Of a DNA stretch of 64,000 bases, positions 24,502 to 36,996 are shown piece after piece; the stretch's first letter is position 1, and each line of letters begins with the position of its first letter. The stretch is from Dictyostelium discoideum (Eukaryota), in assembly GCA_000004695.1 (NCBI GenBank), contig CM000150.2, positions 2,240,001-2,304,000 on the forward strand. The letters are read 5' to 3'. The position numbers and the translations under genes are program-made. Under the pieces are notes generated by a model. It made no database searches. It had not been told where the DNA came from and worked only from the letters and a program-made list of their open reading frames with translations.

Positions 24502-25089
24502 TTAAATACAAATTCCAGATGAAATTGGTAAATTTAAAAGATTACCTGAGGGACTACACATTTTAGTCCAATTTGAGCATTGTGACATACCTTCCATTTG
24601 AAGACACAAAGAGGAGTAAATTGGAAGTACAGCACAGCTTGGACTTAATTTTGTACATTTTTCACAGCCATCCATTGCCATATCATTACAAATACTTTTA
24701 ATACTTGAAAAGATATCCATAGTTTTTGGGAGATTTTTAATTGATTGTATTCTTGAACATTGTTTAATAACAGAATCTTTTGAACATAACTTTTTAAAGT
24801 TATTACATCCACTCATTCCTGGCATATCATGGGTACAACTATCACCGAGTATTGAAAATTCATCACAAGTACCATTTGAAGATCTCACTTGTTTACATGA
24901 TTTTTGAATTGAACAAATTGGCATGTATGGCATACTAGAGCATAGACGGTTAATATCTACTCTAATATTAAATATTGGATATTCATAATTAACACAACTT
25001 GGGTCATTTGAATGTGTAACACAATCAATTTCTCCTTTAATTTTATATATAAAACTAATTAAAATTAATAATATATTTAATATTTTCAT
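24502..25089 (-). CDS. Small secreted Cys-rich protein (195 aa) built from repeated Cys-flanked MxxM modules. Candidate metal (Cu) binding protein.
   Basis: Signal peptide MKILNILLILISFIYKIKG. An internal duplication pairs CTHDMPGMSGCNNFKKLCS with CLQMEGMSQCSNWTKMCS, and CSSMPYMPIC with CNDMAMDGC. Single ORF. Confidence 0.6.
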   Translation of the reverse strand: MKILNILLILISFIYKIKGEIDCVTHSNDPSCVNYEYPIFNIRVDINRLCSSMPYMPICSIQKSCKQVRSSNGTCDEFSILGDSCTHDMPGMSGCNNFKKLCSKDSVIKQCSRIQSIKNLPKTMDIFSSIKSICNDMAMDGCEKCTKLSPSCAVLPIYSSLCLQMEGMSQCSNWTKMCSPSGNLLNLPISSGICI

Positions 25090-25488
25090 TCTTTAATTTT
25101 TTTTTTTTTTTTTACTTTTGCACAAACTTTTATTTTATTTTATTTATATTTAATAAATTTATCGATCAACAAAAAAAATAAAAAAAAAAAAAAATAAAAA
25201 AATAAAAAAAAAATAAAGTTGTTAAAGGGAGGAAAGTGTTAAAAATGAAAAAAGAAAAATACAATTTTAATTTTTTTTATCAAATAGAAATATAAATTAA
25301 TAAACCAATTATTATTAAAATTTAGTAAAAAATAATATTAAAAAAATATAAATTAACTTTGTTTAACAGAAATTTTAAATAGTAACTTTATAATTTTAAA
25401 ATAAATATTTGACCACAAACCATGGATTTTTAAAATGTTTTTTTTCCTTAATGTTTAAGACTCCTCAGTTATTTAACATAATTTTAAA

Positions 25489-25503
25489 GCAGGAATCGAA
25501 CAC
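25489..25503 (-). promoter_or_regulatory. External B box (exB) about 28 nt downstream of the minus-strand tRNA-Asp gene.
   Basis: The reverse complement reads GTGTTCGATTCCTGC, a B-box-like GTTCGA.TCC motif outside the tRNA. This is a known feature of many D. discoideum tRNA genes. Confidence 0.5.
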
Positions 25504-25531
25504 TTGGCCATTCTTTCGAATTCTTAAAAAG

Positions 25532-25603
25532 CTCCCTGTCCGGGAATTGAACCCGGGCCTTTCGCGTGACAGGCGAAAATCCTCACCACTAGACCAACAA
25601 GGA
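25532..25603 (-). tRNA. tRNA-Asp (anticodon GUC).
   Basis: The reverse complement is TCCTTGTTGGTCTAGTGGTGAGGATTTTCGCCTGTCACGCGAAAGGCCCGGGTTCAATTCCCGGACAGGGAG. The cloverleaf was checked by hand: acceptor stem with one G-T wobble, anticodon stem TTCGC/GCGAA, loop CTGTCAC, and T arm CCGGG-TTCAATT-CCCGG. It closely resembles metazoan tRNA-Asp-GTC. Confidence 0.9.
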
Positions 25604-26320
25604 TTATTTGATGATTTTTTATTTTAAATATGTTTAAGCGTTTTTTTTTAAATTATGAACAAATCAAAGAAAAAAAAAAAACAAATATATTTTAAATTTT
25701 TTTCAGTGAATAGGTTTTTAGGAAAAACGAAATTGGTTTATTTATTATTGTGATTTATATCAACCATTATTGTAATTAATGGTGTCTGTTTTTGAAAAAA
25801 AAATTAATATCCATAACTTAATAACCTTAAAATTTAATTAAATTTTTTTTTTTTTTTTTTTTTTTATCTTGAGATTATTATTTTAATTTTATCCAAATAA
25901 TAAAAAAAATATATATATATTTCCTTAAAAATATTTACACTTTACATTTGAAATTTATTTAAGTTTTTTTTCTTTTAAAATAATATTAAAATTAAATAAA
26001 AATATATATATATTTTTATTTGAATCCAAATTTTTTTTTCATTTTTTTTTTTCATTTTTTATTTTTTTTTTTATTTTTTTTTTTATTTTTTTTTTATTTT
26101 TTTTTTATTTTTTTTTTTTTTTAATTTTTTTATTTTTTGTCCGAGTTTAAAAACAAACAAAAAACAGTACCCACACAAAAAATTTATAAATAGTTTAAAA
26201 TAAAAATAATATCAAAATAAACACATATAAATGATTTATTAAAAAAAAAAAACAATAAAATAAAATAAATTAATAAATAAAAAAAAACAATAAAATTAAA
26301 TAAATTAATAAATAAATTAA

Positions 26321-26355
<35 letters not shown>

Positions 26356-26620
26356 AATTATTTATATATAAAATAAAAACCACACCCAAAAAAATTTTAT
26401 TTAAAAAAAAAAAAATAGTTTATAAAATTTTATTTTAAAAAAAAAAATAGTTTTTTTTATAAAACTATTTTTTTTTTTTACATATACAAATAAATATACT
26501 TCAAAATAAAAAAGGTGTTTTAAAGAAAAAAAAAGAAAAAGATAAATATTAAATAAATCCTATCAATAATAAATTATAGTAATAATAGTAATAGTAATTT
26601 TTGTATAAAAAAAAAAACAG

Positions 26621-26658
<38 letters not shown>

Positions 26659-26963
26659 ATACGTAATTTTTTTTTTTTTTTTTTTTTTTTTTGTGTGTGA
26701 TTCGCACTTAAACACAACAATAAAAAAAGAAACAAAACAGAGACTCCAATAATAAAAAAAAAACAAAAAAAAAAAAAAAAACAAAGATATACGTATAAAT
26801 TTTTTTTTTTAATTTTTTTTTTAATTTTTTTTTAATTTTTTTTTTATTATTGACAACACCATATAACATTAAAACACCAATTTTCTCGAGAAAATAATAG
26901 TAATAATAAATAAATAATAATAGTAATAGTAATAGTAAAAATAAATATAATAATAAAAATAAA

Positions 26964-28379
26964 ATGAAAATTGATTGTAAAAGAGTTTCATTAATTGGTT
27001 CACCTGAACCTAGATGGGGACATACTGGTACAACTTTACCTAATGGTAGTGGATTTATAGTATTTGGTGGAAATAGTAATAGAGCATTCAACGATATACA
27101 ATATTATAATATCTTTAATAATAGTTGGTCAAAAATTGAAGCAGTTGGAAATGCACCATCAGAAAGATATGGACATAGTGCAGTACTATATCAATCACAA
27201 TCAAGACCCTATAGTGATTCTTATCAAATTATATTTTTTGGTGGTAGAGCTACAAGTAAACCATTCTCAGATATTAATATATTATATGTAAATAGTAAGT
27301 TTAGTCTAGAATTCTATTTTTATTTTTTATTTTTTTTATTTGGAAAAATAAATATTCACTTTTTTTTTATTATTATTTTTTTTTATTATTTTTTAATTAA
27401 AAAAAACAAAGGTAATAGAAGTTTTATTTGGAAACAAGTTACAACTAAATCAATTGAAGGTAGAGCAGGACATACAGCAGTAGTTTATCGTCAAAATTTA
27501 GTAGTATTTGGTGGACATAATAATCATAAGAGTAAATATTACAATAGTGTATTATTATTTAGTTTAGAGTCGAACGAATGGAGACAACAGGTATGTGGAG
27601 GTGTTATACCATCAGCACGTGCAACTCATTCAACATTTCAAGTTAATAATAATAAAATGTTTATATTTGGTGGATACGATGGTAAAAAGTATTATAATGA
27701 TATCTACTATTTGGATTTAGAGACATGGATTTGGAAAAAGGTGGAAGCTAAAGGTACACCTCCCAAACCAAGGAGTGGTCATTCAGCAACAATGATTCAG
27801 AATAATAAGTTAATGATTTTCGGTGGATGTGGATCAGATTCAAACTTTTTAAATGACATTCATATACTACATATTGAGGGTGCAAATGAGTATAGGTGGG
27901 AGCAACCCTCCTATTTAGGTTTAGAGATTCCTCAAGCTAGATTTAGACATACAACCAATTTCATTGGTGGTAGAGTTTACATTTATGCTGGTACTGGATC
28001 TGGTAATTTAATGGGTGATCTTCACACTTTAGAATTCTTGGATGATAATAATACTCCTTTAATACCAATTACAATCTCAATACCAATCACAAATTCAAAT
28101 AGTATTGTTGGTTCACCTAATACCTCAATTAGTTGTGGTGTTAGTAATAGTGGTGCTAGTAGTAGTAGTGGTGGTGGTATTAGTGGTCATCCTTCAATTT
28201 TATCATCTTCATCTTCATCTTCTTATTTATCAACTTCACCATTATCAACTTCATCTTTAGCTTCAAGTTATCAAAGTTCTCAAAGTTTACAATTTAATCA
28301 AAATCAAAATCAAAATAATAATAATAATAATAACAATAATAATAATAATAATATTCAAACAACAACTACAACAACAACA

Positions 28380-28434
<55 letters not shown>

Positions 28435-29242
28435 TTGAGTCTAATCAACAACAACAACAAATTCAACACCAAACATCACCAATGTCAGTATTATCAAGAT
28501 CAAATTCAAATATAAGTTTAAATTCATTAAATTCATCAAGTTCATCAATATTATCAACACCATCAACACTTTCAACAACAACTACAACTACAACAACATC
28601 ACATGCATCACATACATCACATACATCAAATAGATCAAATGGAAGTAGAGGTGGAATACCATCAATACCACCATTTAATGGAAGATCATCAAATCATAAT
28701 AATAATAATAATAGTAACAGTAATAATTATAATAATCATCAACAAACCAAAACTAATTCTGCCGAAGAACTAATATTGGAAGAGTTAAAATCTTTGAATA
28801 TTTATGATCAAGCTGCTTGTAATAAAGATTTTCAAACCAATTTAAAAAGAGTTGAAGAACTTTTTAATCAAAAAATTAAACATGAACAAAAGTATCGACA
28901 ATCATTGGAAGAGAAATTGGGTAAAGCAAATCATCAAGTTTCTTTATTAACAAATCAAATTCAAAGTATCATTCAAAAAGATGAATTAACCTCTTTGAAA
29001 AAGGAATATAGTGAATTGAAAAAGAAACATAGTTTACTCTATTCAGAGGATATTGATGATTTACCAACTGAAACTTGTTTAAAACTTGAAGAAATTCATG
29101 TAAAATCTTTAGAAAAATTAAGAGTTAAAAAATTACCATCTTCTAATCAATTATCAACATTACAACAACAAATACCACAACAACCAACAACAATAATATG
29201 TAATAATAGTCAAATAATTCAACAACAACCACTACCACCATT

Positions 29243-29300
<58 letters not shown>

Positions 29301-29912
29301 CCATTAGAAATTCAAGAACAATTAACAATGTTACAATTACAACTTTCACAATTATCTCAACAACAACAAAACCAAATCGATAAACAACAAAAACAAGAAA
29401 AATTACAACAAGAACAACAACAACAACAATTGAAAAATATTAATAGATTATCAATTTCATCAAATAGTTCAACATTATCATCAAAAGATAGTTTTTATTT
29501 TGAATCAAAGATTCAAGAATTATCAAATCAATTAAAAGAGAAACAACAAGCTATTACCGATCGTGATAATAAAATTAAAGACTTTGAAAATCAATTAAAT
29601 AAATATAAATTAATCGGATTGGATTCATTGGATCATTATCAGCTTTTAGAGTTGGAATCAAGTTTTCATAATGGTTTAAAACAAATTGGTTCTATAAAAG
29701 ATCAAAGATACCTCAATCGTTTGGTTTCACTGGAAAAAGAGAAAGATCAATTAAAAGATCAAAATAGTTGTGTCATTTGCGCTTCAAACCCTCCAAATAT
29801 TGTATTACTACCATGTAGACATAGTTCATTATGTTCAGATTGTTGTTCAAAATTAACAAAATGTCCAATTTGTAGATCCCATATTGAAAATAAGATTTCA
29901 ATTTATCAATAA
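26964..29912 (+). CDS. Kelch-repeat beta-propeller, coiled-coil and C-terminal C3HC4 RING protein (putative E3 ubiquitin ligase). Exons 26964..27294 and 27412..29912.
   Basis: Kelch motifs (GGN..., W.K....G..P..RYGHSAV; [10 protein letters not shown]). RING: [36 protein letters not shown]. The intron has a GTAAGT donor at 27295 (phase 1) and a CAAAG acceptor at 27410-27411, joining ...[15 protein letters not shown]. Poly-N and poly-Q tracts are present. Confidence 0.8.
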
Positions 29913-30571
29913 TTTTAAAAAATTGAAAGAAAAAAAAAAAAAAAAAAAAAAATAGCAATAATACCGATAAATTTATATATTTAAATGTAAATAAGTAAAA
30001 ATATTATATCTTTTTTTATAATATTATTAAATTAAAAAAAATAAAAAAAATTTAAAAAAAAATAAAAAAATAAAAATTAAAATTTAAAAAGTTTAGGTTT
30101 ATTTTTGTAATAAATATATAATCAATAAATAGAATATATTCTTAATTCTTGATTATTAAAAAAAAGTATATTATTTTTTTTATTTTTTTATTAATAATTA
30201 ATGGTATCAATCAAAATAACTGGAAAAAAGTGATAAACTAATTTAATTTTTCAAATGAAAAAGATGGAACTTTTTTTTTTTTTTTTTTTTTTTTTTATGG
30301 CTATTAATACATACGTAAGGTTTATAAATATTGAATGCAAAATAAATAAATAAATAAATATATATATATATATATAAATTAATTCCTCTATCCAATAATC
30401 TTTTTTAAATTATCTTATTAAATATACATTATCCAAAAAAATCAACATGATCCAATTTTGAAGAAAGAATAGTTAAAAATATTACTATTCATTTTTTTTA
30501 AATCTCCCCTCCTTAATTTCTAATAAAGCTTGATTTATTGTATTTTTTTTTTTTTAAAAATTAAAAAAAAA

Positions 30572-30617
<46 letters not shown>

Positions 30618-30762
30618 TATATTATTGTTTTTTTTTTTTTTTTTTTTTTGGTTGATTCGGTTTAAGGGTTTTTTTTTTTTTTTTGAGCTTGTCTGAATTA
30701 AAAAAAAAGAAAAAAAAAAAAAGAAAAATAAAAATGTATTACTTTGGTTATGTGATTTTAGT

Positions 30763-30906
<144 letters not shown>

Positions 30907-31072
30907 TGAATGATTATTTAATAAAATGTAAAATGAAAAAAAAAAAGAAAAAATAAAGAAAAAAAGGTGGAAAAAAAGAATAATGAGAATTGATTTTTTT
31001 TTTTTTTTTTTTGAAAATGTTAAATAAATATACAAAACAAAATGATTTAAGCCATCAATACCTAGAAAAAGC

Positions 31073-33030
31073 TTATAATTTTCTTAATTCTTTGTTTCTA
31101 GCAAAGAAAGAAGTTATTACAATTAGACCACCACAAACAGTAAATCCAACACCGGCAATCCAAAAGAAACCATCATTAATATCACCATTTGCAGCGGATT
31201 TATCCATACCAGTACCAAGTCCATAACTTAATAAAGAAATGATAATAGCATACATAGCAAATAAGAAACCCAAGACAGAGGCTAATGGTGTACCTGATGG
31301 AGCATCATCTTCGTCACTAATATCATTCTCAACCTCAACTGATTGAGATGATGATGACTCTTGTTGTTGTTGTTGATTATTATTGGTAGATTGTTCACCT
31401 AATTCTTTAGCAAGATCATCAACAGATTCTTCTGGAGTCATTGGTTTAATAGTTAAATTAGTTGTACTAGTATTTATATCGGAAATATCTGATTTTTCAC
31501 TATCAGTATCTGAATTTTCTTGATGAACATTATCACTATCATGATTGTCATGAGAATTTAATGGGAATTTTGATTGGATGAATGAAAGGAGTGAAATATC
31601 ACCAGCAGCCCAGAAAGCGGAAACTAAAGTCCAAATTGGAATCATTGAACAAGCAATAGCGGTTGGAGAACTTAATTTTGGTGGGTAAACCAATACCCAA
31701 ACTAAAGAGCAGAAAAGACCATCAATTCTAACCCACCATAATGGATTCTTTAATCTATTACCAAATTTGACAACCAAAATTGAACCAACAGCTTCACCGA
31801 AATTAGAACCACCAGTAAGGATACCACTTAAAGAGCCTTGGTGTAAAACCTTTTTAGCAAAAGTTGGGAATAATAAATTCTCTAATAATCTATGTAAAAC
31901 TTGTGGTAATACATAGGTTGTAATAATCCACCAATATTTAACACTAAGAATATGACGAGCACCAACTAATAATGAATAAAAGTAATGGTAGATTCCAGAG
32001 CCAACAGTTTTGAAAGAGTGTATAATTATACCATCTTTTTCAGCTTGTACATCTTTTGGAGTCTTTATAACAGTTGGTGGGAATGGTTGTGAAACCCAAA
32101 AGAAGAATATGGCACCTAGTAAAAAGAAAACTGGTTGATGAGATAAAGCGAAAACTGGTCCTAATTTTTCAATCAATGGAGTTGAAAGGAAAGCACCACC
32201 AGTACCGGAAATTTCATAGAATAAATGAATGTAACCATTCAATTTTGATAATTTCTTATTATCACTTCCCAATATTTGTCTTGGTGTTAATTTTCTACTA
32301 ACCTCAATCATACCAACGAAAATTCCCATTAAGCAATACAATGGTACCACCAAATAACGATTCCATGATCCAAGTTGATCAACACTTATCTTTGTACCAG
32401 TAGATGCACATATTATAATAAAAACTGTAATTAAAATTGCCATTGAAAACATAACACATGATGTAACTCTACTAGCTCTATATTTTTTAACAAATGGTGA
32501 TACTAACATTGATCCAATTGACTTTTAAAATTAAGTAAAATAAAATAAAAAAAATAAAAAATTAGTTTTACATTTTTTTTTTTTTATTATTATTTTAATT
32601 TTTTACTTACTTGTGATAAAAAATAAATAATATTCATAATTGCTAAAAATGTAACACCGTTATCATTTTCAAATCTTGTAAGGACAACGAGACCAAGAGC
32701 ACTTGAATAAGTTTCAAAAGCGAATTTATAAAACATTGAAGCAAAAATAATTTTACACTCGTCCCAGTATTCAGTTAAATAAAATCTTGGGTTATATTTA
32801 CTGTATTTACTTTGAAAATTTTTCATTTCTTTTTTATCATCATCAGATGGGGAGCTTTCATTTTTTTCTAAATCCTTTTCATTGTAATTAATTATTTGGA
32901 TTTCTTTAGTATTATTATTTTCGTTAGATGTAACATTTTGTAATTCTACTCCCTCATTATTATATATATTGTTATTTATATTATTTATATTATTTATATT
33001 ATTATTATTATTATTGTTGTTGGTTTCCAT
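31073..33030 (-). CDS. Multi-pass membrane transporter (MFS-like, 10-12 TM) with an N-terminal poly-Asn cytosolic tail. Exons 33030..32611 and 32521..31073.
   Basis: The GTAAGT donor (plus coordinates 32610..32605) and TTTTAAAAG acceptor (AG at 32523-32522) join ...IIYFLSQ|SIGSMLVSPFVKKY in phase 0. There are many hydrophobic segments (FWIAGVGFTVCGGLIVITSFF and others). Family not identified. Confidence 0.65.
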
Positions 33031-33425
33031 CTTTTTTTTTTTTATTTATAAAATTTAATTATTTTAATTTAAAAAATAATAATAATAAAAAAATAAAAAA
33101 AAAATTTACAAATAATATGTAATGTTATTAATAATGAATAATTATTGATTGGAACTGATAACAATGATGTAGTATTTTTTAATTATTATTTTTTTTTTTT
33201 TTTAAAAAAATGGTTTTTTTTTAATTATTATTTTTTTTTATTTTATTTTTTTTTGACAAAAAAAGGATAATTGTTTTTATTTTGGAAAAAAAAAAAAATA
33301 AACAATTTATTATAAAAACAGATATGTATGTGATTAATAATGTTTAAAATGGTTGTGTGTGTTTTTTTTTTATTGTGAAAAGGGTTAAACAAAACTAATG
33401 GTGTTTGAGAAAAAAAAAAATAAAG

Positions 33426-33457
<32 letters not shown>

Positions 33458-33565
33458 GTTGAGTGGGAGAAATAGAAAGAGAGAGAGAGAGATTTATTTT
33501 AGTTTTTACTACCAATAAACTGACTAAAAATATTAATTTTAATAGCTGCCGAATAAATAGTCTGG

Positions 33566-33601
<36 letters not shown>

Positions 33602-34144
33602 TTTTAAAAATATCAGTTTACAAAATTATTTTTGGATAGACACTACACCTCTTAAAACTGGCCGACTTATTTATTAGTTTTGATTTATTTATTTTTATTT
33701 TTTTTAATTTTAATTTTTTTTTTTTTAAAAGTCTACACCGAAAACAGGGGAGTGTCGTTTGACTTTTCCTTTTAAAATTTTTTTTTTTTAAAAATTTATT
33801 TTTACTTTTTTTTTTTTTTAAACGAATCTGATGGGTGTTTAGTGCCGTTAGGGCAAGGAAAAAAAAAAAAAAAGAAAAAAACCTATTTTAAAAAACGAGA
33901 TTTTTTTTTTAAATTTTTTTTTATAAAAAAATGCAAAGATAAACGGCTTTTGAAAAAATTTATTAATCCGAACCCGGCTTTTGGGAATAAAATTATTTTT
34001 ATCTTTGTTTTTTTCCTATGATAGCACCATAAGGTTTGAAATAAACAATAAAATAATCGATTATTTTTTTTTTATATAGATCACATCAATATTCGAGTGT
34101 TGGTGTTTTTTTTATTCACACCATAATTCTAATAATTAATAAAA

Positions 34145-34179
<35 letters not shown>

Positions 34180-34360
34180 CACCTTAATAAAATAAAATAA
34201 ATAAAATTTTAAAAAAAAAAAAAAAAAAGAAAAAGATATTTTAGTTTAAATTTTATTTCTTTTTTTTTTTTTTTTTTTTTATTTTTTTTTAATTTTTATT
34301 TTTTTTATTTTTTTTAATCAACAATTATTTTATTTTTAAAATTTAATTATTTGTCGTTCA

Positions 34361-35050
34361 TCACCAATATTTTTTAATAAGATAAACAAATTTTTTTAAT
34401 ATAGTAGTTTCTTCAACTATTTGAGAACAACAAATTTGTGAGTTTGGAGGTGCAGTAATTTCTTGTGGTTGTTTGGACTCAACATTATTATTTGTTATAT
34501 TTGTAGTTGTAGTTTGAGTTTTATAATCATTTTTATTATAATTATTATTAATGTTGTTATTATTATTAATAATATTATTATCATTATTGTTGGTTTTTCT
34601 TTTATTTATAATTATATCTTCAATTTTTTGTTTTTTTATAAAGGCTGAAGGACTTTTATAAATTTCATTAGCAATGGCTTTCTTTATTTCACTTTGGCCA
34701 AAATCTTTATTACTATTATTGTTATTATTATCATTATTTTTATTATTTTTATTATTATTATTATTATGATTACTATTATTATTATTATTATTTATATTAT
34801 TATTATTTTTATTATTATTTTTAAAATTATTATTATTGATTGGATTCAATGCTAGTGAATGTATTAAATTGGAAGAGTTCACTAAAAAGTTTTCAGAAAT
34901 TGATGAGGTTGAAGGAGGCCCTGGCGGTGTCCTTAATCTTAAATCTCCATTATTATTCTCATTATTTTTTTCTTGTTTTTGTCTTTTATCTAATTTTTCA
35001 TTATTATTAGAATTATAATTATTAATTAAATTATTAATGTTCAAATTTAA

Positions 35051-35143
<93 letters not shown>

Positions 35144-35842
35144 TTTATTATTTATATTATTTAAATTATTATTTATATGATTATTTAAATTATTATAATT
35201 ATTATTAATATTATTTGTATTAGTTATTTTTATATTATTATTAATGAGATTAGTATTAATTTGAAATCCAATATTATTATTTCTTTTTGTTGTTGTTATT
35301 TTATTTTTATTCCTTTCAAAATAATCTTTTAGGGGTTTAGTAACTTGGAGTTTTGGTGGAGAGGCATTTTTTAATCTTGATCTTGTTTGGATGGTTGATT
35401 TTATTATGATTTTTGTTGGTTCTTTAGTTTTTGGAGGTTGAGAGTTTTTTATTGATTTTTTAGCCAAACATATTGTGCAATTTTTAACAAAATTTATTGA
35501 GTCAATTGTGTAACCATTCCAGATAAAACGAAGTGATCGAAGAATTTTTATTGTTTTAGTTATACTATAGTGATTACTTCCATGGCAATATCCGATTATT
35601 GAATTTTTAATATGATTACTAATAGGTGTCAATACTGTTTTTAATCTATTTTTTATTTTTTGTCTTGATCTAAGACACTGAAACCCACTCTTTATTACTG
35701 GATAATACTTCCTCTCTTTTAAAAGTAACTCAGTTTCCTCTAATTCATTTATACCTATCTCATTCTTCTTATTTGATATAAATTTATAAATATTTTCATA
35801 TTGAGAAATTGATTTTAATTTTAAATTTGTTTTTTTTGTCAT
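34361..35842 (-). CDS. Poly-Asn-rich protein whose only recognisable domain is an N-terminal retroviral/retrotransposon-type integrase zinc-binding (HHCC, Integrase_H2C2) domain.
   Basis: GYCHGSNHYSITKTIKILRSLRFIWNGYTIDSINFVKNCTICLAKK fits the H-x3-H ... YWpgm..di..yv..C..C...K integrase N-terminal zinc finger. No DDE core or RT domain follows. The rest is (AAT)n-encoded poly-N, ending ...ICCSQIVEETTILKKFVYLIKKYW. The 493-codon ORF is intact. Confidence 0.6.
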
Positions 35843-36259
35843 TATTTTATTTTATTTGTTTATTAACGAACCAATACAAATAATAAAAAAAAAATTGTTT
35901 AGAAAAAAAAAATAAAATAAAATAAAATAAAAAAAAATAAAATAAAATAAAATAAAAAAAAATAAAGCCTTATAGAAACACGTTATAATTAAAAAAAAAT
36001 TTTTAAAAAATAATTTCCAAAACAAAACAGTTTCCTTTTTTGGAACCCGATCAACCCTAATTAGTGTTATTGAATATTTTTTCAATAAAATTATTTAAAA
36101 TTAAAAATTTATAAATTAGCTATTTTGGGAATTATTATAATAAATCTATTTATTTTTTATTTTTTATTTTTTATACACAAATTTGATGAAAATTATTTAT
36201 ATAATTAATATAACAATTTCCTACCAAGAAAAGAAAAAATTTTGGAATTTTATTTATTT

Positions 36260-36935
36260 TTAAGAGAAAAATATCTTTTTCTTTGTTTGAATCATCATAC
36301 GACAAACAGGACAAGTTCCAACCTAATTATTGTTAATTTTATTATTTAAAAAATTAAAAAAAAAAAAAAAAAAAGAATTAGTAAAATAATATATAAAATT
36401 AATTTTAAAACTTTAAAATTTAAATTATTTAATTTTAACTTACCATTGAAGAACAATCAAAACAAGTGACAACATGAGAACATGGTAAAAAGACAACATC
36501 TCTAACACCTTCATAACAAATTGAACAACTTCTTTTTGAATCTTCATAGGTTGTTGAAGTTTGTTTAATTTTCAAATGATAAAGATAATCACGTAACATT
36601 GGAATACCAAAATAAAGTATAATACTTGTTGATAAAGCAATAACAAACCCACCATACATTAAAGTTTTAAATTTTGAATCGGCAAGATCAAAATCCAATT
36701 TATCCTTTGAGAATTGAAATGGTTCATTAACTAATCTCCATTGAATATCGTTACCAATCTTTCCAATTTTACATGATAAAACAGTGTATAAATTAATATT
36801 TGGTCTTAACACTCTCTCTTCTATTAATTGACCTAATAATTTTCTTTTTCCAAGTAATATTTCAAAGAATCTTGTCTAAAATAAACCAAAACAAATACAC
36901 CTACATGTATTAGTAATAATAATAATAATAATAAT

Positions 36936-36996
<61 letters not shown>

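Noticed and set aside
25409-25627. 72-aa ORF overlapping tRNA-Asp, and similarly 38077..38283
   Set aside because: These ORFs are translations of the tRNA gene and its flanks. The sequence folds as a canonical tRNA.
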